From: Anolis carolinensis
Taxonomy: Eukaryota
Direction of reading: 5' to 3'
DNA: 64,000 nt
Assembly (NCBI RefSeq): GCF_035594765.1
Contig: NC_085844.1
Coordinates: forward strand, 231,896,107-231,960,106
Under the pieces are notes generated by a model that worked only from the letters and a program-made list of their open reading frames with translations, was not told the DNA's origin and made no database searches. How positions within the stretch are numbered: the first letter of the stretch is position 1; the number at the start of each line of letters is the position of its first letter. The position numbers and the translations under genes were made by a program. This document shows positions 12,755 through 25,638 of this stretch, piece by piece.

Positions 12755-13550
12755 AAAGTGAACTGGTTTGGAAGCAGAAGATAGGAAGGTTGGTGAACTG
12801 TTGAACAGGTTCAAGATTGGGATTGGGAAGAGAGAACCAAACTAGCAGAATAAGTTCCACTAATACATAACATACAAAATATAGTAAGGCCATTTCAGAT
12901 TGCTGCAAAAACAAAGAAAATAGTAGCCTCTGGCAATGTGGAAGAACTTTTGTAAGCAACCAAAGCATTTAAACAAAATAAACCACAATGAGGAAATCTA
13001 ACATCTGGTAGAAAGAGTTTTTTTTTTAATTCAAATTCCGACTCCAAGTCTATGCTGTTGTGTGGACTGGAGTTTAGAAATTCACATGGTGAGAAATTTC
13101 ATATTTCTAAAATTCACCCATGGTACTGGAAAAAGGCATCAATCATAAGGTTAAATACCTCACTACCCCCTTCATATTGGTTTTGAGAAGATAAAACAGG
13201 TTGGCCAGTGTGTTTTGGAAGTAAAAATAGAATATTGGTTTACTTGTTGTTCATTTTCACCATGTAGAAATTGAAGGTCTCACAATAAGTCAACAGGTAT
13301 CTTGAAGACACACACTCACATACAGGGTGATTGTTATTTCTTAAAAAGGGAATGAAATGAAGAACTGATTCTATGCTATGGCTAAACCTCTAAAGGGCAG
13401 GCAACCTAGTCCAGTTTTTACTTTTCATATGCCCACCATTTCCTAGGAAATCATTTGGAATTTTTCAAATAATAGCACATGGGAATATGAAAAGTGTTTA
13501 TTAGTCCTGCACAGGTCCAGAAAAGGTATTAAAATACAATAAGATGCTGC

Positions 13551-14046
13551 TTATACTCAGGTATAAGTTAAGACATTTTGGTAAGAATACAACCCCCAAA
13601 ACCTGGATCAACTTACCGATGGGTCAATGTCAGTACTGTACCTTAGCTCTTATTTTAAAAGAAAAAGAAAAAAAAGAACCAATTTCTGAATAGACTGGCA
13701 AAAAAACAGGAACTTAGTCCATTCAGGGTGGATCCCTTACTCTCTCTCCACCAAAGAAAGTTTCACAGCCCAGATAAATTGATAGGTTGAGTCAAGCAAA
13801 GGCCCACATAACAAATTTGTTACCAGTTTAGTGGATCTGCTTCTGCACCTTTTGAATGCCTGGGCAGGAATATGGTGGTGGTAGTAGCCAGTGATAGCTC
13901 ACCCCCAGAGGCAGCATTCATATTTTCAGCTCTTCACAGAATGACCCCTGACCTAGCCATGAATCATACTAAAATCCATAATTTTGTTCCTAAAACTTGT
14001 CCTTGACTTATAAATGAGGTTGACTTATGCATGAGTATATATGGCA
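13551..14046. mobile_element. Old mariner/Tigger-like MITE
   Basis: tatactcaggtataagtt ... gacttatgcatgagtatata form degenerate terminal inverted repeats. Confidence 0.55.
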
Positions 14047-14868
14047 CTTCCAAAATCACCTGCCATTGCTGCATTATCTGAAGGAATAGTGCCTTTGGTC
14101 TGTCGTCATCGGTTGTTACTATTCTCCTATTGCATATTTCCTAAACTGGTAACAAATTTGTTATGAGGAGCCTTTGCTTGACTCAACCTATCAATTTATC
14201 TGGGCTGTGCAAACCTTCTTTACCCTCTCCATGTATCTTCTCTTTCTGAGCTATGACTTCAGATGATACATTATAAATATTCCAGCAGCACCCACAAGCA
14301 TTGCAATGTTGGAGTGAGAAACCCCCATCATGGAAGGATTTACAACTTGGCTATAAGAGTGGCGTCTGGATGCAACTTGGCACACAAGGTCTCGCCATAA
14401 GAGCCCATCAGCTGGATAATAAATCACATCCTGTTATTTTTTAAAAGAGAGCCCTGCAAAGCAAAAAGTTTCATCATTCTTGACACTTCCTTGATCTCAA
14501 TATATACCTGGATTTCATGGGCCAGCAAATAGTCACTACCTCCATAGATTAGCAGTCATTTAAAAGTTGATGGTGATGGTTTTAATAGAAGCTTGTGTAG
14601 CCTTTTACCTTTTTTTGGAGATGGTTGAGGGAAATATGCTTAGCTTATAGCTGGGCTTGAAATGATCCTCAAATCTTGTTTGGAATACTGCTGCCAGGTG
14701 TCAGAATGATGCCTATTTAGGAACAAAATGACAAAACCATTGATTCCAGTCCAGAATATTCAACATTTGGTTGCATTGTAATTAATGAGATTAGAAAGGG
14801 TAAATTTTGGGTGGAATAGAGCAAGTGCCTTGTTCAACTTCATTTGAAGAATAACTGTTTTTGTATAG

Positions 14869-14941
14869 CAGAACATGGCCATACAGTCCAAAAGATTCAT
14901 AGCAACCCAGTGATTCTGGCCATGAAAGCCTTCGACAATGC
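14869..14941 (+). mobile_element. Penelope-like 3' terminal fragment
   Basis: gaacatggccatacag...ggccatgaaagccttcgacaa, same family as 47187-47291; 15-bp TSD actgttt(t/c)tgtatag at 14854-14868 and 14942-14956. Confidence 0.7.
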
Positions 14942-15634
14942 ACTGTTTCTGTATAGGTTGAAAAAAAATACTTTTTGAACTACAGCTCCCATGATTCTTA
15001 AATCAGCATGGCCACTTTTAGCTGAGAGATTCTAAGCATTGTGATCCACAAAGTAACCATTCCAAGCTCTGCTTATTTGCTATTGTTATTTATAAATGTT
15101 TCTTTCTATTTTGCGGGCATTCAGCCCAAATATATATATATATATATAGGCTGGACTCCTATTCATAGTCCTCTTGTAGAGGCAGGTCCCCTACAAAAGT
15201 GACTGGGCATTCATATTCAGTTCAGAGTATAAGTTCCATAGCTGCATATAGAGTACCAGCCCTATCTTAAATGATATTTTGCATATACCAAAACAGTGAA
15301 AATGCTGCTTCCCAATTTAATGTAATATAGAATTTGATCAATATGTATGTGCATATTTGAGTTTTAATTGCTTACATTGTAACATTTTTTCAGTGCCACT
15401 GTATGTAAACAGCATACATCTTTATTAAATTGCAAATTATCTGAATGCTTCTTCTAGCAAAAATGTATGTTAACTCAATGTAAGATTGCAATTTTTAAAA
15501 AGTATTCAGATAAATATAGTTGCACTTAATAGTCCAGAAGGATGGATAACAATAGCAGAACAAACTCATTTGGTACATCCAATTCCTAAAGTTTCCTGGC
15601 AGAAAACTATTTGTTGTTGGTATGGTTGTTATGA

Positions 15635-16679
15635 TATTATTATTATTTTATTCTATGACACAGCAAACAAGATAGATATGCTGGATTTCGTATCACAAAA
15701 TCACAAGTCGAACACTTCCCAAGTGTCTAGGACTGTGTGATGTATTTTCGGATAATGCGCGCAGATCCCAGTAGGGTGGCCTTTTGCAGTTGGCAGATCG
15801 TAATTTTGTCAATGCCTATTGTTTCCAAATGCCGGCTGAGATCTTTTGGCACGGCTCTCAATGTGCTGATCACCACCGGGACCACTTGTACTGGTTTCTG
15901 CCAGAGTCTTTGAAGTTCAATCTTCACAGTATCTTCGCGTGCTCATTTTCCAATACTTTTGCAGGTTTGTGATCCCACCAGTTCTTTACTGCTGGGAGGT
16001 GGTACTTGAGGCATAAGTTCCGATGAATCATTTGGGCCACATAGTTGTGCCTCTGTTTGTAGTCTGTCTGTGCAATTTTCTTACAGCAGCTGAGGATATG
16101 ATCAATGGTTTCGTTAGTTTCCTTGCACAGTCTGCATTTTGGGTCAACAGCTGATTTTTCGATCTTGGACTGAATTGCATTTGTTCTGATGGCTTACTTC
16201 TGGGCTGCAAGGATCAGGCCTTCTGTCTCCTTCTTTAGTGTCCCATTCGTGAGCCGTGGCCAGGTCTTCTCCTTATCAGCTTTTTCTTCAATTTTGTCAA
16301 GGAACTTTCCATGCAATGTTTTGTTGTGTCAGCTGTCAGCTCTAGTTTGTAGTGCAGTTTTCTTGTACTAATTTTTGTCTGCTGTGCTTTGATGAGTTTC
16401 TAATTTTTGACTTCAATCAAAGCAGGTTCTTCATTTTGCTTTATACATTCTTCCAGGGCATGTTTTTCTTCTTTGACTGCTTGTTTTACTTGTAAGAGTC
16501 CTCTGCCACCTGATCTTCTAGGCAGATATAGCCAGTCAACATCACTGCGAGGGTGCAGTGAATGATGAATGGTCATGAGTTCTCTTGTTTTTCTGTCCAA
16601 ATTGTCCAGTTCTGCCTGTGTCCAGTTTATAATGCCAGCAGTATATCTTATGACAGATATGGCCCAGGTGTTTATGGCC

Positions 16680-16682
<3 letters not shown>
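15635..16682 (-). mobile_element. R4/Dong-clade non-LTR retrotransposon, 5'-truncated
   Basis: Minus-strand peptides AINTWAISVIRYTAGIINWT, LYLPRRSGGRGL, a zinc-knuckle region (CRLCKETNETIDHILSCC) and a KIELQRLW...QKATLLGSARIIRKY C-terminus; (TAA)n 3' tail; several frameshifts. Confidence 0.85.
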
Positions 16683-16720
<38 letters not shown>

Positions 16721-17279
16721 ACCCCACCTTTCTTCCAAAATCTAGATTCATTAGGTCTTACAGTTTAAACATGGCACAGCTAAAAACATAGGAAAGTGAA
16801 TTCAAATTAAAATTAGAATTGGGATTAAAATAAGAATTAGAAAAACAAAACTCGTTACTTGTCAAATTGTGCATTCGTTTTGATTAGAAAAAGAAAAGAA
16901 CAAAAGAGCACAAATAAAGTGGACAATTTTGCCACACTAAAACAAAATATATCTTAATTTCTCAGTGACTGGTTTACATTTAGGTCTACACACCAATGTA
17001 GTGTGTCTGAAATTTGCCATTAAGAGGTGATTTTTGGATGCCTTTCCAATAATATAGACAGCCGTTGTACAGTCATGTAGTGTGGAAACGCTTGTTTTAT
17101 ACTCATGAGAGACAGACCATACTATTAATATTAATGAGCCAGTTCAGCAAATAAAGAGTGGGCTAATACCTGATTTTTAATTTGAATCTTTTGATCTATC
17201 TGGGAAAAAATGTGTGGGAATTGTCTTCTTCTACATTTCAGTTTTCTCAATTTTTCCATTCTTTTAACATTCAAATTAC

Positions 17280-17579
17280 CATTAGGGATTCCTTGATTTA
17301 GATTTTGGCTATAAAAAGACTTCCCTTTGGCCTTGCTCTGGGGTTGCAGAATTCACCAGCCAAGAGCTTTTGGGCCCCAGGGTAGTCTGGATGGCATTTG
17401 TTACTTTGAGATCCTAATCCTTGCTGCAAGAGGATGCTGGATCCCTATCAGCTAAAGGGCATGCAGATAGTTGTTTCTGCTATGAAACACCTGCTGCATC
17501 AATTATACATCAATAAAAATTTATTTTGTACCAATGACGTGTGTTTGGAACTAGGTTGAGTTCTAGCTCAGAACTGACA
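17280..17579 (+). mobile_element. Probable 3' portion of an old LTR
   Basis: TATAAAA at about 17310, AATAAA at 17512-17517, ends ...ctgaca like the 7888 LTR; 5' boundary not seen. Confidence 0.4.
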
Positions 17580-17849
17580 AAAGCTCCACATTTGTGATCT
17601 TGTATCTTGGTTCCAGCATTTCAGTATATTGGATCATAAAGCACTTTGTCTTAAGGCTTTAAAAAACTTACAAGAAATAATAAATGAGTTTATATGAATG
17701 ACATAATCTAGGGCTGAGCCAAATAGGTGGGACGCATGGAACCAATAGATATTTTCATTCTTCTGCACTCCTCTGCCCAGTTCAGGAACCATTGCCCACT
17801 GCTTGCTCTCCATGATGTCAAATCAGATCAAATATCCAGGCTAATGATA

Positions 17850-17989
17850 ATAGAATCTAGAATCACAGAGTTGGAAGAGACCTCATGGGCCATCCAGTCC
17901 AACCTCCTGCTGAGAAGCAGGCAATCTCATTGAAATCACCCCCGACAGATGGCCATCCAGCTTCTGCTTAAAAGCCTCCAAAGGAGGAT
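17850..17989 (-). mobile_element. CR1 3' end
   Basis: tagaatcacagagttggaagagacctcatgggccatccagtccaacc is the reverse complement of the CR1 3' terminus with its ATTCTRTG-type tail. Confidence 0.75.
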
Positions 17990-18007
17990 GTTATGCTACG
18001 GAGACTA

Positions 18008-18211
18008 GGGAAGCATCTATACTATAAAATTAATGTAATCTGACACCATTTTAATGCCATGACTCACTGCTATGGTATTCAGGGATTTGTAGTTTGGTGC
18101 TACACTAGCATTCTTTGGCTGAGAAGGCTTTTACAGACCTTGTAAAACCACAATTTCTATGGCAGTTAAACTAGTGTTGAAGTGCATTAATTCTACAGTA
18201 CAGATGCATCT
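18008..18211. mobile_element. Harbinger-type palindromic MITE
   Basis: Same family as 7547-7767. Confidence 0.7.
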
Positions 18212-20659
18212 TTAGTCTTCAACTGGATAAGGCAATTTTATAGTGTAGGTGCATCCTTAGAAGTGATGAAAATGTATGTTTATTTAGTTAGCATTTGTTA
18301 AAAGTTTTCTTCGCAAATGAGGATGGGGGGATTAACTTTGATGGATGATACATTTATTTTGGCCATAGATATTTCAATGAACAAAGAGAATAAAGTAGGT
18401 TATATACAGAGCTTGGACTCTTCCCCGTACTCGGGGAGGCATTCTGGCAGTTATAACCACAAAATTAATTTTTCCAACCACGAGTTATACATCCAAAAAT
18501 TATATGAAAGGACTATGTGTAAGTCAATAAGGACACACCTCTCATCAGAAATGACACACAGAGAGAAAGTACAAGTGGCACAAGAATATACATAGGCCTT
18601 TCTTACAAAGCAGCACTGTTGTGAGAACCACCACTCCTTCTATACAAAAATCCATTAGGTCCTGTGGTCTCTTGATGACTGATAAATTACTAATGCCAGA
18701 AGATCTCTGTAGGGATGTCATATATACGAAGCACAATTTGTTGTTGTACAGGGGAAGTTGCATAGGCATTTGTAGAGTCCTGAAAAGTGGGGTGGAATAG
18801 CTACTATTCTTCAAAACAATGTTCCATCTTACGGCTCAGTGGCCCTTGCTTGAATGGCAGCTGCCACAAGGATACTAATCCATGTATTAATTTATCTATT
18901 CTATTAAACATAGCAACACAGAACAGTTCATTTTTTTGTGCTAGATGGTTCAGTACAATAATATACAATTTGTATGTGGTAAGAAATTGTTTCTGCAACA
19001 GTGAAAGTGGTCTACATCCACACTGTTGTGGGAGGACCTTCACTCCCTATTGGAAACATGTCTCTTCCACTTTTCGGAATTAATACTGACACAGTCTTAA
19101 ACATAAACACCTCCAATGTGTTGCGCCGTACATTCCCCCTCCTGCTGCCTGCTTCTTCCTTTGTTGAATAATTCAGCTTCTGTACAGACTTAGCTGACCT
19201 TTGCTTGATAAAGTCATATTTCCGAGCATTCGCCTGCATTTGGTATTTTTAATCAGGTTCAAGTCCGCTGGCTACACATCAGAGCTGAGAATAATGACGC
19301 TACAGATATGTATTTTAGCCAAATGATGTTCTCTCTGCCACACGCACAGCCCCCAAATCACTGAGTTGTTAACTAAAGTGTAGGAGAATTTATGATGCTA
19401 AATAAAACCAGGGAGGGAAAAAAGATGTTTTAATAAGATGAAAATCCAAATGTTAAAATAATGAGCCATCTGTATGGGTGGCCCTCTCCTGAGATATGCC
19501 AAGAGCTTTACCATCTGTGAAACATTTACCAGCTGTTTCCTTCCTTTTTTTCAGCCCTGTAAGAACATAAGAAATCCTCGTGCAACTTACACATCCTAGG
19601 GATGGAAACAGGTTTGTTCAACTTCAACATGAGGTATCAAAGGTACCCTGGCAGGAATAAACCTGGGAATGTTTTTCTTTGGGGGGGGGGGGAGTGTGGG
19701 GATTGCTATAGTTGCTTCCTCTTGAAATGTCTCCCTACCTGAAGTTCTGACAAATCATTCTGGACAGGAAGTCTGTTTCCACATTAGCACGCCTCCATTA
19801 ACAGTCCTGAGCATTTTGTTTGTTAATGTATTTTGTTTCATTTTTGTACTCACCCAGGATAATTCTGAAAGCTGTATGAGCCATGTGCGTGCTCATTCTC
19901 CTGTAACAACAGAGCTGTTCTTTCTATTTTTAGGATGAGTTTAATACTTTAGAAATGCACACAGAGAAAGAGAGAATTCCAGACTTGCCCGCATGACCCT
20001 TTTATACACAGCTAACAGCTGCGTGAAAAGTCAAGGTGGGGAGGGAAGCTGTGCCATAACATATTCTGTGTTAGTGAAGTTCATGCAGGTAAGTGATATT
20101 TTAAATTATGTAAGAAACAATGTCCTGGGAAATTCTCCTGCACTCCCCCATTTGCATAAACTGGACATGCAAAAGAGATCATAAGTGCTTGTCTTTTCTT
20201 CACTTCAATAGGGCATGTGTGAAACAGGTAGCTATAGTTTTCAAAACTGTGTTTTGGTTGAAAGTGCAGAGGTGTGCAACCATCCTAATGCATACAGCTA
20301 TGTATGTTCAGAAAACAGTGGAGGTAGAGATCAGTAATTAAAATTCTGGTCTCTACCTCCACTAGTAGATCTTCCTTGGCTAGTCTGATCTATTGCTTCC
20401 TTGTGCATGGACTATCAACTATGGCTTTGCTTTTTCTTGTCTCTCTTTATCACTATCTATGTGTTTTATCATATAGCCATAGCTCGCAGACCCCCCCATT
20501 CTCACCTGTCAGACATGCTCTTCACTTGAGATGATGAAAGTGTCACCCATTGGTCATGAGATCCATCTGAATCCCATGAATCCCCATTTCTTTCAGCTTT
20601 TGGTGCCCTCAGGATAACCCTCTAGACCTCCAAATTTCCTTTAAAAATAAGATTAAAAT

Positions 20660-21055
20660 ATAGTTGTGGTTGTCAACTGCCATCAACTTGACTTTGACTT
20701 ATGGCGAGTTGAGGCCCCGTCTACACTGACATATTAAATCCAGATTATCTGCTTTGAACTAGATTACATGGCAGTGTAGACTCATAATTCAGTTGAAAGC
20801 AGATAATCTGGAATCAGATACTGAATTATATGGCACTGCAGATCCAGCTTGAGAGATTTCTAAGTCACCCTGCTCAGATCTTGCAGATTCAGGGCCACGG
20901 CTTCCTTGATTGAGACTATCTGTCTGGAATGTGGTCTTTCTCTTTTCCTACTAGAGTCTACCTTATCAAACATTATTGCCTTTTCTAGAGTCATGTCTTC
21001 TTATGATATGGCCAAAGCACAACAGCCTCAGTTTAGTCATCTTGGCAACTAAGGA
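20660..21055 (-). mobile_element. RTE/BovB-like 3' fragment with a nested MITE
   Basis: Minus-strand KLRLLCFGHIIRRHDS resembles the BovB C-terminal YFGH.MRR.DS motif. Confidence 0.65.
20713..20849. mobile_element. Harbinger-type MITE
   Basis: ggccccgtctacactg...gcagatccagct with a TGA 3-bp TSD on both sides. Confidence 0.7.
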
Positions 21056-21510
21056 ATGAGAAAAGTCCAATGGGTTCTTCCATAACAAGACTAGTGATGG
21101 TGGACAGGTTTTCACCTTCCTTCCACCAGATGAAGTACCATTAGGCATCAACCATTAGGCTATTTCCAGAATCTTATCACACATTCATGGCACATTTTTT
21201 ATTTCCTGTGCACCATTCTTATGAGTTGGCTGAGTCTTAGATCTGCCATTTCAATTTTGCCGTAATTTCTTGTATTGCTGCTCAGAAGCATTGTGGGAAA
21301 TAGAATGAGAGAAAGTTCCCATCACTCTTTCAGCCTTTCAAAACCAACCCACATAGGATAATGACGCACCACAGGTCACATTGCCAATATCTGGAGTCCT
21401 TCCAGTCTTTCACAACATCCAGTCAAAGGGAAACAATTAATAGATTAGGTACATGAAACTCTGATAGTGAGACCTCAGTGAAATTGGTTGAACACCCCAA
21501 TGTGATGTGG

Positions 21511-22290
21511 ATGACACAGTGAATCATAATGCTCTGTGGAGCATTCTCCTGGAAGTAGGATGCCCAGATAAATTTGTGAACATCCTGCGCTTTATGATGG
21601 CAACAATCTTGGGCAGCAATAGCTTCCAAAGTGACCCATTTAAGGTGGGATCAGGGGTCCACCATGTGGAAATCACCTACCAGTCAGATGACAAGCTCTA
21701 TAATTGAAAGTCAAAAGCAAGATCACAACATTGTCTCTTATAGAACTCCAATATGCTGATGATAACGTAGTCTTTGCTCATTCAGAAGAAGACCTACAAG
21801 CCACTTTAAACAGCTTCACAGAAAACTTGACCTCTCACTGAATATCAAGGAAAACCGAAGTGCTCTACCAGCAGGCACCAACCAGTTCCTCTGCAATCCT
21901 AGAACTCAAGCTTAATGGTGTAATGCTAGAAAATGTTGACCATTTCTGGTACCCAGGCAGCTATCTCACCACAAAGTTGACATTGAGGCCAAAATGTAAC
22001 ACTGTCTGAGCTCTGTGAATGAAACATTTTTTCAAATGATGCAAAGTGTGTTTGAGGATTGGGACATTTATAGAGATGCCAAGATGCTTGTTTATAAAGC
22101 TATTGTCCTTCCAACTCTATTGTACGTCTGTGAAACATGAACCATCTACAAATGTCACTCTCAACCTCTGGAACCATTCTATGAGTGTTGCCCTCAAAAA
22201 ATCCCACAGATCTCTTGGGAAGACAGATGGAGAAACATCAGCATTCTGGAAGAAGCAAAGACCGCCAGCACTGAAGTGATGATTCATTGG
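21511..22290 (+). mobile_element. Decayed RTE-clade LINE reverse-transcriptase fragment
   Basis: DTVNHNALWSILLEVGCPDKFVNILR, and gaactccaatatgctgatgat = ELQYADD; many stops and frameshifts. Confidence 0.75.
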
Positions 22291-22939
22291 GAAGCCCTAG
22301 CCCACAAACATTTTAACTGGAGGTAAGCTGTTACCAACAGTGCTGTGGATTTTGAAGAGGTATGAATAGAGGATGAAAGGGAGTAACATGCATGTCAAGC
22401 AAAACCTTGTCGGGATCACTTGAAGAACAGTAAACTCCCAGCACTTACTTCTTTGGCAGGATCCTGAGTGGATACAACACATCTTCCTTGTAGAATTGTC
22501 GACTTTGGTCCCTCAAGCATATCAGTAAAGTGTGTAAATATAATGGGTACATGTGTCCCACATTAATCCAGAGTACTTAGGCAGGAAACATACAGAGCAC
22601 TGTGATGCAGCAAATGAATTTTGCATGTGTAATCAGGTTTTCCCCACATGCAGAGATGGATGAAATAACAGCTGGTATAGTACTGTGGGGATGAGTACGT
22701 GGGTTAGGAGCTAAAGAAGCTGTGTGTGTTTAAATCCCTTCAGGAGTTTGTATTATTTTGTTTTTAAGGAAGAGCATAGCATATCTTGCATGCAGAAAGT
22801 ACAGGTTCAACTCCTAGCATTTCCAGCAAGGCTACCGAGTCTGAAAAGCTGGAGAGCTGTCTCCATACATTTTCAATACTATCTATTTATCTATCATCTA
22901 TCTACCTACTTACCTACCTACCTACCCACCTATCTGCCA

Positions 22940-23335
22940 TCATCTAACTATTTCATCTGTATGCCACCTTTCTTCCAAAGTGTCTCCCAAAGAAAATCAA
23001 GTTAAAACTTAACAATAAAAATTTGAAAACAATAAAAATAACTTCACCAAACCATATCATAGAAAATCATTGAAAAGAGATATACAAAACTGAAAAAACA
23101 ACTAAATACACATTCCAATAAGAGGCCTCCCTGCTTAAACAAAAAGATCTTTGCTGGCTGGTGAAAAAAGAGCAGGAAAAGGCCAGTCTAGCCTCCCACG
23201 CAAGGAAGTTCCAGAGGGTGGGAAGCAGCCATCGAAAGCTTTCTCTCATGTCCTCACTAAGCATGCCTGTGATAGTGGCAGGACTGAGAGAAAGCCCTCC
23301 CTGTAGATCTTTAAACACATGCTGGTTCATTTGGA
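22940..23335 (-). mobile_element. Old L2 3' fragment
   Basis: Minus-strand peptide RESFRWLLPTLWNFLAWEARLA parallels ERAFSVVAPQLWNLLPREIRLA of the young L2. Confidence 0.6.
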
Positions 23336-24747
23336 AAGAAACATTTTCATAGAATTGAAAACTTATGGAGCTACAGGACTCAGTTAGGTGAAGCCCTTAT
23401 TGTACATCTACACTGGCCTCTGAAACCAAGATCAGTCTGGAATATTTAGGCTCTGGGCTGGTTGCAGAGAGGGTCAGATGCACCTGCCTGAACCTACTGA
23501 AGTACCATGTTGTTGTCCAGACAATCTAGCTGGGCCAAGACTGCATCAGCCTGGCTGAAACATCACTCACTCTCAGTATTGCCACCACCATTCCCAGCCA
23601 GCTACAGAATTCTGTCCAGGTTCCTGGCTGTTGCGAACACATTTTGGAACACAACCAAGCCACCCTTCTCTTTCCTGCGGGTCATGCAGGGTCCTTTTCT
23701 GATATCAGCAGAGGCACCCACGGTGATGGAGCACCGTGTTTAGCAGGGTGGTGGTGACACAGGACAAACCATCCCTTTCTGCACTGTTCAAGAAAGGATG
23801 AGGACATGGTGTGTGTCTGGAAAACAGATCAAGCCAAATTGGATCCAAGAAAACCCATGATACCCATGGAAGTCAGCGAACATCACTGGGACATCCAACA
23901 CTAGATTCCAGGTAAGTACACTTTTTTTCTCCTTACCCTTGGTCTGACGCATTACAATGCAGACTCCAATGTCCTTATGATTCTGTGATGGCATTCCGAT
24001 CTTTGTATTTACATGTATACCTTTTCCTCTTAATGACAAAGATTCCTTCTTTGAGATAGACTACTGCGTCTTTAAATTAAGGGTCAACTCATAAACTGCT
24101 CATTTAATCTTGCCATGGGGAGTTTGATTTATTGTCTTGCAGGTTTGAAACTAAGAAAAGCAGCCTTTTAATAAACAGTTCTTTTCCTCTAAAAAGATAT
24201 TTTATCTCATGGTGTGCTTGCATTTCTGGTGCTACCTGAGAATATTAATCTCTACATTAACAACAGTGTCCCCATTCAGAATTCCATATTGTTTAGGAAA
24301 AACTGCTTCTGTCCTATCATTGTGTCTCATTAGAATTTTATAACTGGGGAAAAAACAATAATGCCTAAGCCTCGAGTCTCTGTGTTCAGGGGTAATTTTA
24401 GTAGGCTTAATGCTTTAATCACACACTTCAGGGTATTTGGAGAAGTGTTATAATGCAAGACTGTGGAACTTCATTTACACAAATGGCCCAGGGAACATCA
24501 AAAACATTTTGAGAAAGAATGTCTAGACATAAAAGAGAGCTAACAATAAAGTGTGATTTTAACACAGCAACACAGAGTTAAGATCCAAGCTGAACTTATC
24601 ACAAGTCCAAGGGTGGAGGAAATGCAGCATACACTATAAATCTTCCAGTATTCACTCAAAGTGTCCTGGAATTGAACTGGATACAAATGTGTGCAGACTT
24701 TAAAGGAACCATACAAGGTGTTGAGAAAGTATTTGTCCTTCTTGTTA

Positions 24748-24905
24748 TATAGCTTCAAATCATTTCTGACTTATGGTAACTTTAAGGCAAACCTGTTATA
24801 AGATTTTCTAAGGTTAAAGTCCTTTGAGACTACGAGTGTGTGTCCTGCCCAAGATCACCTAGTGGGTTTTCATGTCCTAACTGGGATTCAAACCTTGGTC
24901 TCCCA
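24748..24905 (-). mobile_element. tRNA-derived SINE (Anolis SINE2-type), head interrupted by a MITE
   Basis: Same family as 37005-37238; gggattcaaacc is the B box on the minus strand. Confidence 0.65.
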
Positions 24906-24913
24906 ATATTTTA

Positions 24914-25345
24914 GGCTATGTTTATACAGCCCAAATAATGTGGACTTACCTTTTAGCTACTGAAGGGAGCCCGGATGATATATGGCCATTAATGTGGCTC
25001 ATGCAATCCTTGGGTTTTGCAACTATGGAGAGCTGAATCAGGCTGGATCCAGCTCAGCCCACTGTCCACCATTGCATTGTTGGTCTGAAGCAGCTCCCAT
25101 CCAGGGGCTTGCTGGAGATGCCTCTTCTGGTTAGGTAACTCCAGGGAGTCCAGCCTGGGGAAAATTATAACAGCAGCAAGCCCCCAGCAGCCTTTTGCTT
25201 GTCGTTGGCAATGCAGAGGTGGCTCTAAAGGGGCCTTGGCTTTTCTGGCCATCTAGATGGCTAAAGGGTTCCAGATATGTTTCCGGGCTGCACTGGGGCA
25301 GCTCCAGAGCAGTTTACCCTGGATTAATTGAGTGTAGGCACGACC
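24914..25345. mobile_element. Harbinger-like non-autonomous element
   Basis: ggctatgtttataca ... tgtaggcacgacc ends flanked by TTA/TGA; a related left end occurs at 50166. Confidence 0.5.
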
Positions 25346-25638
25346 TGAGCCCAACATTCAAGATGGGCCCTCCAGAAGATATCCTAGTCTCAAAACAAAT
25401 GTTTCAAAATCACTGGAAGATGATTCTATGGCAAGCAATTGGAACATGCCAAGTGTAATTGTACCTATTGAATTTGTATGGTGCAGAGAAATAACTTTTG
25501 TTCAATTCGTTTTGGATGAATTTACTAAATTCTCCAAGCAGAGAGAAAATTGAACATTTAAAATAACTTAAATTGGATAGAAGAGAAAGTGAAATTGACT
25601 GAGTTCCCACCTCCATTATTTTGATACTAAAGGACTGA

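Noticed and set aside
18400-18810. Possible LINE C-terminal remnant on the minus strand
   Set aside because: Only a faint PLY-like motif; too degraded to call.
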